NCBI GenBank assembly: GCA_950097015.1
Contig: CATNEN010000001.1
Span: forward strand, 5,394,001-5,458,000
DNA: 64,000 nt
Direction of reading: 5' to 3'
Source: Macrostomum hystrix
Taxonomy: Eukaryota > Animalia > Platyhelminthes
The notes beneath the pieces were generated by a model. The model was not told where the DNA came from, searched no databases, and saw only the letters and a list, made by a program, of their open reading frames with translations. Every line of letters begins with the position of its first letter. The stretch's first letter is position 1. The translations under genes were made by a program, and so were the position numbers. Of this stretch, positions 25,201 to 34,808 are shown piece after piece.

Positions 25201-27039
25201 TGTAAATCTATAAAATTCTACCACACAACTGTTTCAACAAATACGTACATATAAGTATATTCTCCTAAATTTTTATGCCAAATTTTAATTCTCAACAATA
25301 AATTCGGGACGAATTTTTTCGTAAAAAAGGGAGATATTGTAGAGAGTTGTAAAATGTGCTTTTTGCTTAACGCGCTACTTAAAGTAATGCCATAAGGAAC
25401 TCTTAGCTACAACATTTAATCTATTTTTAGGAATGAGTCATACGCTATTTTTAGAAACAGTCATGTGACATGAAACCGGAGAACCGGTTCTTGACAGCTG
25501 TGTTTGCTTGAATTCCAAATATGGTAAAGCAAACAATTATGACTCATCGGGTTCTGCGTCTGTGTTTGCACTGTATTCCAAATATGGTAAAAACTCACAA
25601 TCATGACTCACTAAACAAATATGTGTGACCTAAGTAAACACCCGGTAGTAGAACCGGTTTTTCCCCAAGGTTTTGCTATAAATACAAGCGAAAATCCGAG
25701 CTAAAAATTCAGACTCGGAGCGGTCCACCGGACTTCAAAACACCTTACGAAGAAGAGGACTCATCTCTGAGGGAAAGACAAGTGGTAAGCGCTTTATTAG
25801 ACAGAGTTACTTATTGCTAGCAATAGTTGTTGAATTGAACTAAGTTTACGAGAGCCACATATCGTCGATAAATTTGAGAAAGGCCTCCTTGTTTCCTAGG
25901 ATACATTCCTAGAGGATTATTGATTGATTTGATTTGAGTTATCCGTTATCTTTCGGAGGTAACGAAGAAGACGCCCTTCAGGAGGACCTATCAGAGATAT
26001 ACAAGAGAGATTTCAATTGTTCACTAGGGCGCACGTTTCTATTGTGAATTCCGAGCTCGAGGAAACCGAAAAGTAATCTGATTCGCTCTCGTCATTTATT
26101 GGCCAACAGACAAACTCAAGCAGCTGCCAAGAAGACAAAGAAGACAAGACTACAAAGACTCAAGAAACGTAGACTCGAAACCTCACGGTCGACCAGAACA
26201 AGAAGAAGGAGAACTTACCGGACTACAAGGATCCAGAAGACTATAAACTACTTAAGGAAGAAGAAGCAATCGCAGTAAGTGTCACGTGACTGTTATAAAT
26301 TCCTAGGCAATTGTTCCCCATTGTCTAGAAGTGGGAGTTTCGTGTGTCTGATCAACACGCAAAACTCTTCACTAAAGTTCCGAATGCCCACTACCTAAAA
26401 GTGATAGTTTTTAAGCTACAAAATGAAATTCCCTGTTTCTTTATCCTAAAAGAATTATCCAGGTGATAATAACATTGCATCACTTACCTGAAGCATCCAA
26501 TCCCCAATCTGTCTAAACGCTAATCGATGACAATTCTGCAGTAAGGTATCAAACACCACCTGGGCTGTTGGCAGGCCGCAAGGCATACGGTGTACAATCT
26601 TCTCCATCAGTTGAGTACCTCTGGCGCCGCTTCTATCAATCGTGTCCAAAAGTTCGGCCAAGGCTGGGAATAATAAATGGAATTCTTCTAATCGGCATTG
26701 GACATAGTTCAACGATAGATAAGGATCGGCAATTAGTTCGGCTTCGAGATCAATCAGGCGACTCCGATAAGATTCTAGACAATTGTCTAATGCGTCACTA
26801 AATACTTTGGCGTACAAACCGCAGTTGGGCTTATCAGATTCCAAATAATTTGATCGATCGATTATGAATTCTTGAAATCTTATATAGTAAGCTCCTAGCT
26901 GGCATAGTCTATTGATTAGTGGCACCTCGGACGGACTGACAAATGGTAGATTATCAATTAGACGTAGACTACCCGATTGGTTCTGTTGGATTACAGAACC
27001 GGGACAGCCGTAGAGAGCTAGCAAAAGTTCATGTAGCAT
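13252..27039 (-). CDS. TUBGCP4: Gamma-tubulin complex component 4
   Basis: Exons 27039-26488, 18325-17939, 17265-16880, 16020-15744, 13620-13252, phase-consistent. Motifs MLHELLLALYGCPG, LDDPYSEFFV, IKDFYLMGRGE, DNLVYYLQVDV, QLLLRLDFNRFF. Confidence 0.93.
13750..14480. repeat. 21-bp minisatellite (ATAATTCATGCTTCCCCCTCG)
   Basis: Tandem array in TUBGCP4 intron 4. Confidence 0.95.
15074..15712. repeat. 19-21-bp minisatellite (GGGTGAGATTCGATCAGT)
   Basis: Tandem array in TUBGCP4 intron 4. Confidence 0.95.
17300..17900. repeat. Degenerate ~28-bp minisatellite (CAGAATCTACCACTCTACTCTACCCGTT)
   Basis: Fills TUBGCP4 intron 2. Confidence 0.85.
18405..19330. repeat. 27-bp minisatellite (AAACTGGTATCCCATAATCCCAACTTT)
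   Basis: Tandem array in TUBGCP4 intron 1, next to the LTR element. Confidence 0.95.
19398..20431 (+). repeat. 5' LTR
   Basis: Begins TGTAGAGAG, ends CTCTTCA; direct repeat of 25338-26371 with no differences seen by eye; TATAAATA at 19737-19744. Confidence 0.97.
20434..20450 (+). other. Putative tRNA primer-binding site
   Basis: Starts with TGG 2 nt after the 5' LTR (TGGTGATCTCGCCCAGG). The primer tRNA is not identified; it loosely resembles a tRNA-Trp PBS. Confidence 0.7.
20964..25064 (+). CDS. Gag-Env polyprotein: capsid-like region, CCHC knuckle, low-complexity linker, gB-like class III glycoprotein
   Basis: First ATG at 20964 in ORF 20832-25064. Retrotransposon capsid-like N-terminus; CYTCGRIGHYARDC (CX2CX4HX4C, ~21696-21737); basic stretch plus hydrophobic internal signal (~22961-23045); RKRR at 23973-23984; gB-like C..NPT..G..CVP and CY.KP..G.L..PC patterns; TM at ~24777-24845. 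Confidence 0.85.
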   Translation: MARRNYQVHRDIKETVGMYTMDKDFNTFIDHFDLVSREYGLQNAEKALLLPPLLQGTAREIYGKLTAAVQQDYQALVTQLRAQFARCGTNRSVLLHKLHNRKMSPTESFLTFVDDIRKIVKALHQPPPLDQGAQPIGPAESAARERQRLEDREQSLILHVINNAQPTLRDRLLRETINTEEQLLRCGMQWEASAPLMTTHNSDTTQLAEQLSKLMQQHQTSAIVPQQQRYSYPQPQQRYLHTSTCYTCGRIGHYARDCRSRGNPRSYNDNRQTNWTHPPRQPSNRNWTNSRQQDSRPSNAIVPYRQQRNPPPPRQPTQVRRQYTQAIEPEYTQTIEPKFKIEDLMPDFSVNVLDELEKQKKEQEINDLHLDNDGAAYITIIESDHSKEPPMPQKETEDTEENNFYYNNESTQEIQNDNTSNDSSCIMGSLFEELSIPSPRESVAFNTCQHIERKQVQQQIKGLFKIPTMSDLSKILQNKEGIDELSTSTERNNEDHSAKNSHNTSEENISMLQILVDDIDLTETPPSTPKYKPDPEYENITPVNSSEGQNGHDKAVNTESYYSKHDRSSQTKSDYNTSMENDDDHIYDEPTTWIDMRTDTTSTVLQTLNTPLTFNMKQPTWYNQQTRPSGCNNPWHFSMRLTPPIGETEDQRYSINTNKPTPPTKVKKKKRHILIRWLFSAIVMLLLPTVVPSSVPMICPTDANIQPVIYKIPTEIKCSYFKTNQTKPIPLTIDVYKANTKKHRQYGIICFRDKHELEKVWYIQWNRIRFWQTALPVTQEECLQWNQTLFSKDGELHADEKIGNSQLFRTKNSANGRYVHWNEYIWPRYTTTNSYLIRKVLFYHNPFENMESLQLSMEDCKYNTGFCETAKLWNEAVWQVPLAPTYHQNYRWQIEHRHSPYYEITEYQRQYFVAWKVEPNIDCKFQKYHTIKGSLLSNTFLASTSDFALTFPKKAKYLQINCKENSKKLLVSEQEIPLELRDMDEDTFMRLVNGTYSTRTNTVRKRRELQRPSMVSARLLAAKLAAMEHNLHKELNYLHKSLIQLTCRMHETALNYARQNYYVNPTSTFRKITGIQDALAIPISGHLLIYKCVPLHHFNILPSNTSTTCYDKPRIEAYYNGKRIQGFLDTVHNIIVGTAIPRPCTDAVNYFNINNKLHKVSTTGHITNITGMQAIIDETYELSDLQLKINKTTYKPFGDIKLDEITPGWTINDFLQVFIAQRQMMNKLFTQHNQQDKEQSFSTGFIIHNAIGSFWSNSFLDLLQGKGSYYQGFIFSSACIVWIHLALMIFITAVRCVARAYPAKQRIFQIDKQQETTISTEKIEETLLQDQRKQLLPTTPNTPKQHDLWVNKNPNTFLLLTFTIAS
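25323..25334 (+). other. Polypurine tract
   Basis: AAAAAAGGGAGA, 3 nt upstream of the 3' LTR. Confidence 0.8.
25338..26371 (+). repeat. 3' LTR
   Basis: Copy of 19398-20431 at offset 5940; followed by TSD CTAAA. Confidence 0.97.
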
Positions 27040-27171
27040 TTATGTTCTCTCTGCTGTTGTTAATATTCGAAAATCGATAATCACCTGTCAAATGTTAGAA
27101 ATTATCGATTTTAATATATAAAGATCTGAATTTGTGTTGCCAACAACTCCAGGCACTATGAAGTTTAAATA

Positions 27172-28281
27172 CCTACCTACCTGATGATTTGAGAGGTTGT
27201 TGGTATCTACCTGAGGATCTGAGAGGTTGTTGGTATCTACCTGATGATTTGAGAGGTTGTTGGTATCTACCTGAGGATCTGAGAGGTTGTTGGTATCTAC
27301 CTGATGATTTGAGAGGTTGTTGGTATCTACCTGATGATTTGAGAGGTTGTTGGTATCTACCTGAGGATTTGAGAGGTTGTTGGTATCTACCTGATGATTT
27401 GAGAGGTTGTTGGCATCTACCTGATGATTTGAGAGGTTGTTGGTATCTACCTGAGGATCTGGGAGGCTGTTGGTATCTACCTGAGGATCTGGGAGAATGT
27501 TGGCATCTACCTGAGGATCTGGGAGAATGTTGGTATCTACCTGAGGATCTGGGAGAATGTTGGCATCTACCTGAGGATCTGGGAGAATGTTGGTATCTAC
27601 CTGAGGATCTGGGAGAATGTTGGTATCTACCTGAGGATCTGGGAGAATGTTGGTATCTACCTGAGGATCTGGGAGAATGTTGGCATCTACCTGAGGATCT
27701 GGGAGAATGTTGGTATCTACCTGAGGATCTGGGAGAGTGTTGGTATCTACCTGAGGATCTGGGAGAATGTTGGTATCTACCTGAGGATCTGGGAGAGTGT
27801 TGGTATCTACCTGAGGATCTGGGAGAATGTTGGTATCTACCTGAGGATCTGGGAGAATGTTGGTATCTACCTGAGGATCTGGGAGAATGTTGGTATCTAC
27901 CCGAGGATCTGGGAGAATGTTGGTATCTACCCGAGGATCTGGGATAATGTTGGTATCTAGCTGAGGATCTGGGAGGGTGTTGGTATCTACCTGAGGATCT
28001 GGGAGAATGTTGGTATCTACCTGAGGATCTGGGAGAATGTTGGTATCTACCTGAGGATCTGGGAGAATGTTGGTATCTACCTGAGGATCTGGGAGAATGT
28101 TGGTATCTACCTGAGGATCTGAGAGAATGTTGGTATCTACCTGAGGATCTGGGAGAATGTTGGTATCTACCTGAGGATCTGGGAGAATGTTGGTATCTAC
28201 CTGAGGATCTGGGAGAGTGGTGGTATCTACCTGAGGATCTGGGAGAATGTTGGTATCTACCTGAGGATCTGGGAGAGTGTT
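27172..28281. repeat. 30-bp minisatellite (TGGTATCTACCTGAGGATCTGGGAGAATGT)
   Basis: Homogeneous tandem array upstream of TUBGCP4. Confidence 0.97.
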
Positions 28282-28639
28282 ATCATCAGGGTTGCATATG
28301 CTTGCAGTACGAAGTAAAAAAAACCAGTCACATGTGGTAGAGACTCTTCGTAAAAGCTTGTCTTATTCAGTGGTAAGAAACACATTTGTTTGAGGAATGA
28401 CAGCGCTTTAATAGTAAAAAAATCTGTCTTCTTTTATGGACATTGTATAAAAAATCTGTAAACCGCACTTAGAAAAAATTGTGCAAGAAAAAAGTGGGCA
28501 AAAACAGTCACGGATAATTTAGAACTATTACGATTATAATCAAAGTGCACTTCATTAACATTAGGTGTCTAGGTGTAAGTGGCAGGTTAAAAGTTGCCAG
28601 CATGGAGTTTACCTGTCAACTGAGAGGGATCAGTTAACT

Positions 28640-29130
28640 AAGGGGATAATTTTGATAGCTGAAGGGGATAATTTGCCGATTGGGTGGATAATTGGGGATA
28701 ATTTAACTGTAGGGGATAATTTATCAAACAAGGGGTAATTAGCCGAATGATTGGGATTATTAGGCAACTGTGTGGATAATTTGCTAACAATTGGGATAAT
28801 TTGATAACCTAGGGGATAATTTGCCAAATGTGTGGTTAATTTGCAAACCATGGGGATAATTTGATAACCGAGAGGATAATTTGCCAACTGTGGGGATAAT
28901 TAGCCAACTGCGGGGATAATTAGACAACTGTGGGGATAATTAGACAACTGTGGGGATAATTAGCCAACTGTGGGGATAATTAGACAACTGTGGGAATAAT
29001 TTGCAAACCATGGGGATAATTTACCAACTGTGGGGATAATTTGCAAACCATGGGGATAATTTGCCAAATGTGGGGATAATTTGCAAACCATGGGGATAAT
29101 TTGCTAACCGAGGGGATAATTTGCTATATG
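28640..29130. repeat. 20-bp minisatellite (GGGGATAATTTGCCAACTGT)
   Basis: Tandem array downstream of the LENG9-like gene. Confidence 0.92.
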
Positions 29131-29267
29131 AGATGGGATAATAATAGTCGGGAGTAAAAAGTTGTAAAGTTGACACAACTATATCCTTCATTTTTATCCC
29201 CAAGAAAGGAACTAAAGTTGCTGGTGCATTAAAGCTTTAAAAAAGCTGATAAAATAATTCAAGCAAA

Positions 29268-30404
29268 TCAAGCGACGTTGCCACCAAAAGGCACACTGTG
29301 CAGCACAACAAACGGCACATCAGGACCAGATCGATAAATAAATTCAACCGATCTAGCCAAGAACTCAACCCTACCAGGTTGATCAGCCAGCCAGGCATTT
29401 GAGAATTTGCGTTTCAAATCTTCGGCCGTAGAGTTTGAATTGCACTGCGCGACAGTCAGGTGGGGTCGATAGCCGCCACCGCCATGCGGCTGTTGCAAAT
29501 CCACGCAGTCAGGAAACACTTCGGCTAATATCGATTGAAGCTTCATCAGATTCGGACAGCCAGTTGACGAACATTCTGTTGAACTAGACGATTCCGGTTC
29601 CGTTGGGTCTAGCCAAACTGTGGCACTCTTACCGCCGTGATTGAAATGTCCGAATGTGGCTAGGCTAACTCGAAACGGAGCCAGATTAGATAATTTGGGA
29701 GCCAGCTTAGCCGCGGCTGAGTCCATCTGGGAGGGCTCATAGAATGGATAAGTCAGATTGATGTGGGGCATCCAACGCTGATACTGACGATCGTGTTGTC
29801 TGCGAGATTGAACAATTATATACACAGTTTCATGAGTTTGATTGCTTGAAAAGTTTGTTAAAATATATCACGAGAAAAGAAAAGTGAAAATTATTGGAAA
29901 ATACGGGCAGTAAAAATAAAGAAACAGAGAAGGAATTGGATGAGAAAATGAGCATAATGAGTGAAGGGGAGAAGGCAAAGATGAAGGGGAGAAGGCAAAG
30001 ATGAAGGAGAGAAGGCAAATTTGAAGGAGAGAAGGCAAAGATGAAGGAGAGAAGGCAAATATGAAGGAAAGAAGGCAAAGATGAAGAAGAGAAGGCAAAT
30101 ATGAAGAAGAGAAGGAGAAGATGAAGGGGAGAAGGCAAAGATGAAGGGGAGAAGGCAAATATGAAGGAGAAGAGAAGGGAAAGATGAAGGGGAGAAGGCA
30201 AAGATGAAGGAGAGAAGGGAGAGGGAAGAGGAGAGGGGGGAGAGGGGGAGAAGGAAGAGGAAGGATAAGGGAGATGTAGGAATCCCAGAAAAAGGCAATA
30301 GTTGCTTTCGCTCACTTTCTAATATCCTGAATTGCCTGATAAATCAGAGATTCAGTTGGTGGCATCAGAATAATAGCCGACTGATGCGTTTTAGCACAAC
30401 TCAT
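29268..30404 (-). CDS. 2H-phosphoesterase / 2'-5' RNA ligase-like protein (LENG9-like)
   Basis: Exons 30404-30316 and 29799-29268, phase-consistent. Motifs HQSAIILMPP, RWMPHINLTYPF, FGHFNH, YRPHLTVAQ (two 2H-type motifs). Confidence 0.8.
29960..30270. repeat. Purine-rich 20-bp minisatellite (GAAGGCAAAGATGAAGGAGA)
   Basis: Fills the LENG9-like intron. Confidence 0.9.
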
Positions 30405-31239
30405 ACTTAATAATAGTGAACGCTTTAGCTGAAAATTAATAGTAAAAAACTTATTATTTATTGCTAAACTATTCGATAATTTTATTCCTGGCAGAATCTG
30501 AACTACATACAAAGTGACACTTATTATTTATGATTATGAAATTATGAAAACCAGAGCCGGTTTTTTAACTTTTGCCCACATTTCAACCATCGTTTATTAC
30601 CACACAACAAAACAAGACAATTGCATAGTAAACTGGTACGAGAATCTCACATTACTCACTGTAAGCCATATTGTCGTTTAGCTACTGAATATAAAAACAA
30701 GGAGAAAAGTGTCTTCACTAGAACAGTTTGTTACCATGGGTCTAAATTTATGATATATAGTAACCTAACACCAATTTAGCCATGCGGCAATACAGATCAA
30801 AATAGTCATATCTTGATATATGATGAAAGCAGAATAAAAAACTAAAACATAGTCTTGGCAGTAGTATGTAGAGTGAAATACACACCATTTTGTTGTTCAA
30901 TTTTTTCAATCAGGAATGTTATAACTATTATTAGTTTGTCAGAAATCCATTATGGTGTCAATATCGAGGTGCAGATCGAAAAAAAATATTTGACTAAATA
31001 GCAGAAAACTGTTGACGGGTGCCGTACAATTCATTTGAAGCTTTCTGAATAGCACAACTAGTAAGAAAAAAGTTTGCATGAAGCTTACATGAAATTCTTT
31101 TAAGGCCGACTTTTTAACTGATAGTTAATGCTAACTGACACATTCTGCAACTTAATGTAGCTAAGGTTTTACAAACTTAACTAATTAACGAGACATGATA
31201 CAGTAAAGAGACGAGAAAAGTGAGAGTGGAGATGGGAGA

Positions 31240-32230
31240 GATTAGAGATGGGAGAGATAATTTGGTGGAGAGAAGACTGCGCAGGGGTGAGATGAGGCAT
31301 GGGTGAGATGAGGCATGGGTGAGATGAGGCATGGGTGAGATGAGGCATGGGTGAGATAAGGCATGGGTGAGATGAGGCAGGGGAGATAAGACAGGGATGA
31401 GATGAGACAGGGGTGAGATGCGGCAAGGGAGATTAGACAGGGGTGAGATGCGGCAAGGGAGATTAGACAGGGGTGAGATGAGGCAGGGGAGATAAGACAG
31501 GGGTGAGATAATACAGGGGTGAGATAAGACAGTGGTGAGATAAGACAGGGGTGAGATAAGACAGGGGTGAGATAAGACAGGGGTGAGATAAGACGGGTGA
31601 GATAAGACAGGGGTGAGATGAGGCATGGGTGAGATAAGGCATGGGTGAGATGAGGCAGGGGAGATAAGACAGGGATGAGATGAGACAGGGGTGAGATGCG
31701 GCAAGGGAGATTAGACAGGGGTGAGATGCGGCAAGGGAGATTAGACAGGGGTGAGATGAGGCAGGGGAGATAAGACAGGGGTGAGATAATACAGGGGTGA
31801 GATAAGACAGTGGTGAGATAAGACAGGGGTGAGATAAGACAGGGGTGAGATAAGACGGGTGAGATAAGACAGGGGAGAGATGAGACAGGGGTGAGATGAG
31901 GCAGGGGTGAGATGAGGCAGTGGAGATAAGACAGGGGTGAGATAAGACAGGGGTGAGATGAAACAGGGGTCAGATGAGGCAGGGGTGAGATGAGACAGGG
32001 GTAAGATGAGGCAGCGGAGATAAGACGGGTGGGATGAGGCAGGGGAGATAAGAAAGGGGTGAGATGAGACAGGGGAGATGAGACAGGGGAGATGAGACAG
32101 GGGAGATGAGACAGGGGAGATGAGACAGGGGAGATGAGACAGGGGAGATATGACAGTGGAGATAAGACAGGGGTGAGATATGACAAGGGGTGAAACAAGA
32201 CACAGAGGGATGAGACACGGAAGAGATGAG
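31240..32230. repeat. ~15-17-bp minisatellite (GGGGTGAGATAAGACA) with an internal higher-order duplication
   Basis: Tandem array between TVP23 and the LENG9-like gene. Confidence 0.93.
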
Positions 32231-32426
32231 AAAAGGGAGCGATGAGATACGGGAGAGGAACGACAGTGGAAAACTTAAAATGTTGGAGGGAACCAGCAAT
32301 AGTGTCAAAACAAAGACCTAAACTGTAAGAATAAAATCTGTCAGCAGAATAAACTATGCAGACTGACTGTAACACAATAATGGTCTTTATTGCATTCAAT
32401 AGGAAGCAGAAATAACACAAACAAAT

Positions 32427-34535
32427 TCAACGATTAGATGCGGAAGCTGAACTAGGACCAGATGAAGCTGGCATCGGGAAATCCGGGACCCCCGCAGGCT
32501 GCTGCTGCTGTTGCTGCTCTTTTCCGCCAGAAAATGAATTAAACACAGCCGACAAAGCCTGCTTGCCCAAGAACTCTTTAGCCACACTCGATAGTTCCTT
32601 CTTAGCGCCATATTTGCATCGAATATAGCCGTATAGATTGGCGCCGTTCATTAGAAATGCAACTAGAACAGCCATTATCCAACGAATATTGAGTGTGATC
32701 AGGGCCACAATAAACATTAGAGACCAGACTATCTGGGTACCAATTAGGCTGAACCAGAATAGGCGAGATTCAGCTTTAGATACTAGCTGCTCTGCGCCGC
32801 GGCTGCGCGATTCGTAAACCCAGTGACTTTTGCCGGATTCGTCTACGTAATTCCACCAGCGTAGGCCAACCAGCTTGCGACCCGTGATGTTCTTTACCTG
32901 CGGGTTGGCATTGATTGACAGGTGAAATCAGAACCACATTCCCCACACGTTTCAGATCCCATAGAACCACATTCCCCACACATTTCAGATCCCTATAGAA
33001 CCACATTCCCCACACATTTCAGATCCATTAGAACCACATTCCCCACACATTTCAGATACCATAGAACCTCATTCCCCACACATTTCAGATCCCATAGAAC
33101 CACATTCCCCACACGTTTCAGATCCCATAGAACCACATTCCCCACACATTTCAGATACCATAGAACCACATTCCCCACACATTTCAGATCCCATGGAACC
33201 ACATTCCCCACACACTTCAGATCCCATAGAACCACATTCCCCACACATTTCAGATCCATTAGAACCACATTCCCCACACATTTTAGATCCCATAGAACCA
33301 CATTCCCCACACGTTTCAGATCCCATAGAACCACATTCCCCACACATTTCAGATACCATAGAACCACATTCCCCACACATTTCAGATCCCATGGAACCAC
33401 ATTCCCCACACACTTCAGATCCCATAGAACCGCATTCCCCAGACACTTCAGATCCCATAGAACCACATTCCCCACACATTTCAGATCCCATGGAACCACA
33501 TTCCCCACACATTTCAGATCCCATGGAACCACATTCCCCACACACTTCAGATCCCATAGAACCGCATTCCCCAGACACTTCAGATCCCATAGAACCACAT
33601 TCCCCACGCACTTCAGATCCCATAGAACCACATTCCCCACGCACTTCAGATCCCAAAGAACCACATTCCCCACACATTTCAGATCCCATAGAACCACATT
33701 CCCCACACACTTTAGATCCCATAGAACCATATTCCCCACGCACTTCAGATCCCATAGAACCACATTCCCCACACATTTCAGATCCCATAGAACCACATTC
33801 CCCACACATTTTAGATCCCATAGAGCCACATTCCCCACACACTTTAGATCCCATAGAACCGCATTCCCCACACAATTCAGATCCCCATAGAGCCACATTC
33901 CCCACGCACTTCAGATCCCCATAGAGCCACATTCCCCACACAATTCAGATCCCCATAGAGCCACATTCCCCACGCACTTCAGATCCCATAGAACCACATT
34001 CCCCACGCACTTCAGATCCCATATAACCATATTCCCCACGCACTTCAGATCCCATAGAACCATATTCCCCACACACTTCAGATCCCATAGAGCCACATTC
34101 CCCACGCACTTCAGATCCCATAGAACCATATTCCCCACGCACTTCAGATCCCATAGAACCACATTCCCCACACATTTCAGATCCCATAGAACCACATTCC
34201 CCACACATTTTAGATCCCATAGAGCCACATTCCCCACACACTTTAGATCCCATAGAACCACATTCCCCACGCACTTCAGATCCCATAGGCAGGCTACTTA
34301 CCGTCCAAAAGTCGAGCGATAGCAGTATCAGCACAAAAACAAAAGCCGTTATAAATGAATCTGTGAACAGAGAGCTAAACAGGTACAACAGGAAGGCTAA
34401 CAGGCGAAATAACAGATGAGCGCCGGCTGATAACGGATGAGGAAATCGTTTCGGATGCGGCGGCGGCTCGCCAAAAACGCCGCCCCCGGTGCCGTCGTCC
34501 ATTGTGAGTGGAACTGAGTCGCCGCTAGTCATCAT
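32427..34535 (-). CDS. TVP23: Golgi apparatus membrane protein TVP23 (FAM18)
   Basis: Exons 34535-34302 and 32897-32427. The spliced product contains LDFWT|VKNITGRKLVGLRWWNY and ANLYGYIRC. Confidence 0.92.
32925..34287. repeat. 33-bp minisatellite (TCAGATCCCATAGAACCACATTCCCCACACATT)
   Basis: Makes up almost all of the TVP23 intron (32898-34301). Confidence 0.97.
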
Positions 34536-34808
34536 GGTTTGTAGTTTGATTGATTTTATTTTATTGCTGGAAAAAATCATCGAAAGGAAAAAGTATAAAT
34601 AAGATGATCTAAAAAACTGCTTCATTTAAAAAATGCTAAAAAGAATTTATGCTCGACAAGAAATTACGCAACTTAACTTTGTTATACTTTATATTTTTTT
34701 CATCGCACTACTATTTACAGCTAGTGAGTAGTACGATTAGCAAATATGCATTATCTTAAGTTTAAAAATTCAGTAAACTCTGAATATGGTCAAATTTGAC
34801 AATTCAGT

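Larger units (their letters stand above)
19398..26371 (+). mobile_element. Complete LTR retroelement (gag-env, no pol), antisense in TUBGCP4 intron 1
   Basis: Two 1034-bp TG...CA LTRs; 5-bp TSD CTAAA at 19393-19397 and 26372-26376; PBS-like TGGTGATCTCGCCCAGG after the 5' LTR; purine tract before the 3' LTR; one long internal ORF. Confidence 0.96.

Noticed and set aside
27172-28281. 30-bp array as a CRISPR array or as a 252-aa protein
   Set aside because: Contiguous tandem units with no unique spacers, no cas genes and a eukaryotic context. The ORF is a by-product of a stop-free 30-bp unit.
32922-34270. Long ORFs in many frames (also 13816-14500, 18380-18923, 29830-30315, 31177-32420, 47185-47961)
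   Set aside because: These are translations of minisatellites lying in introns or spacers.
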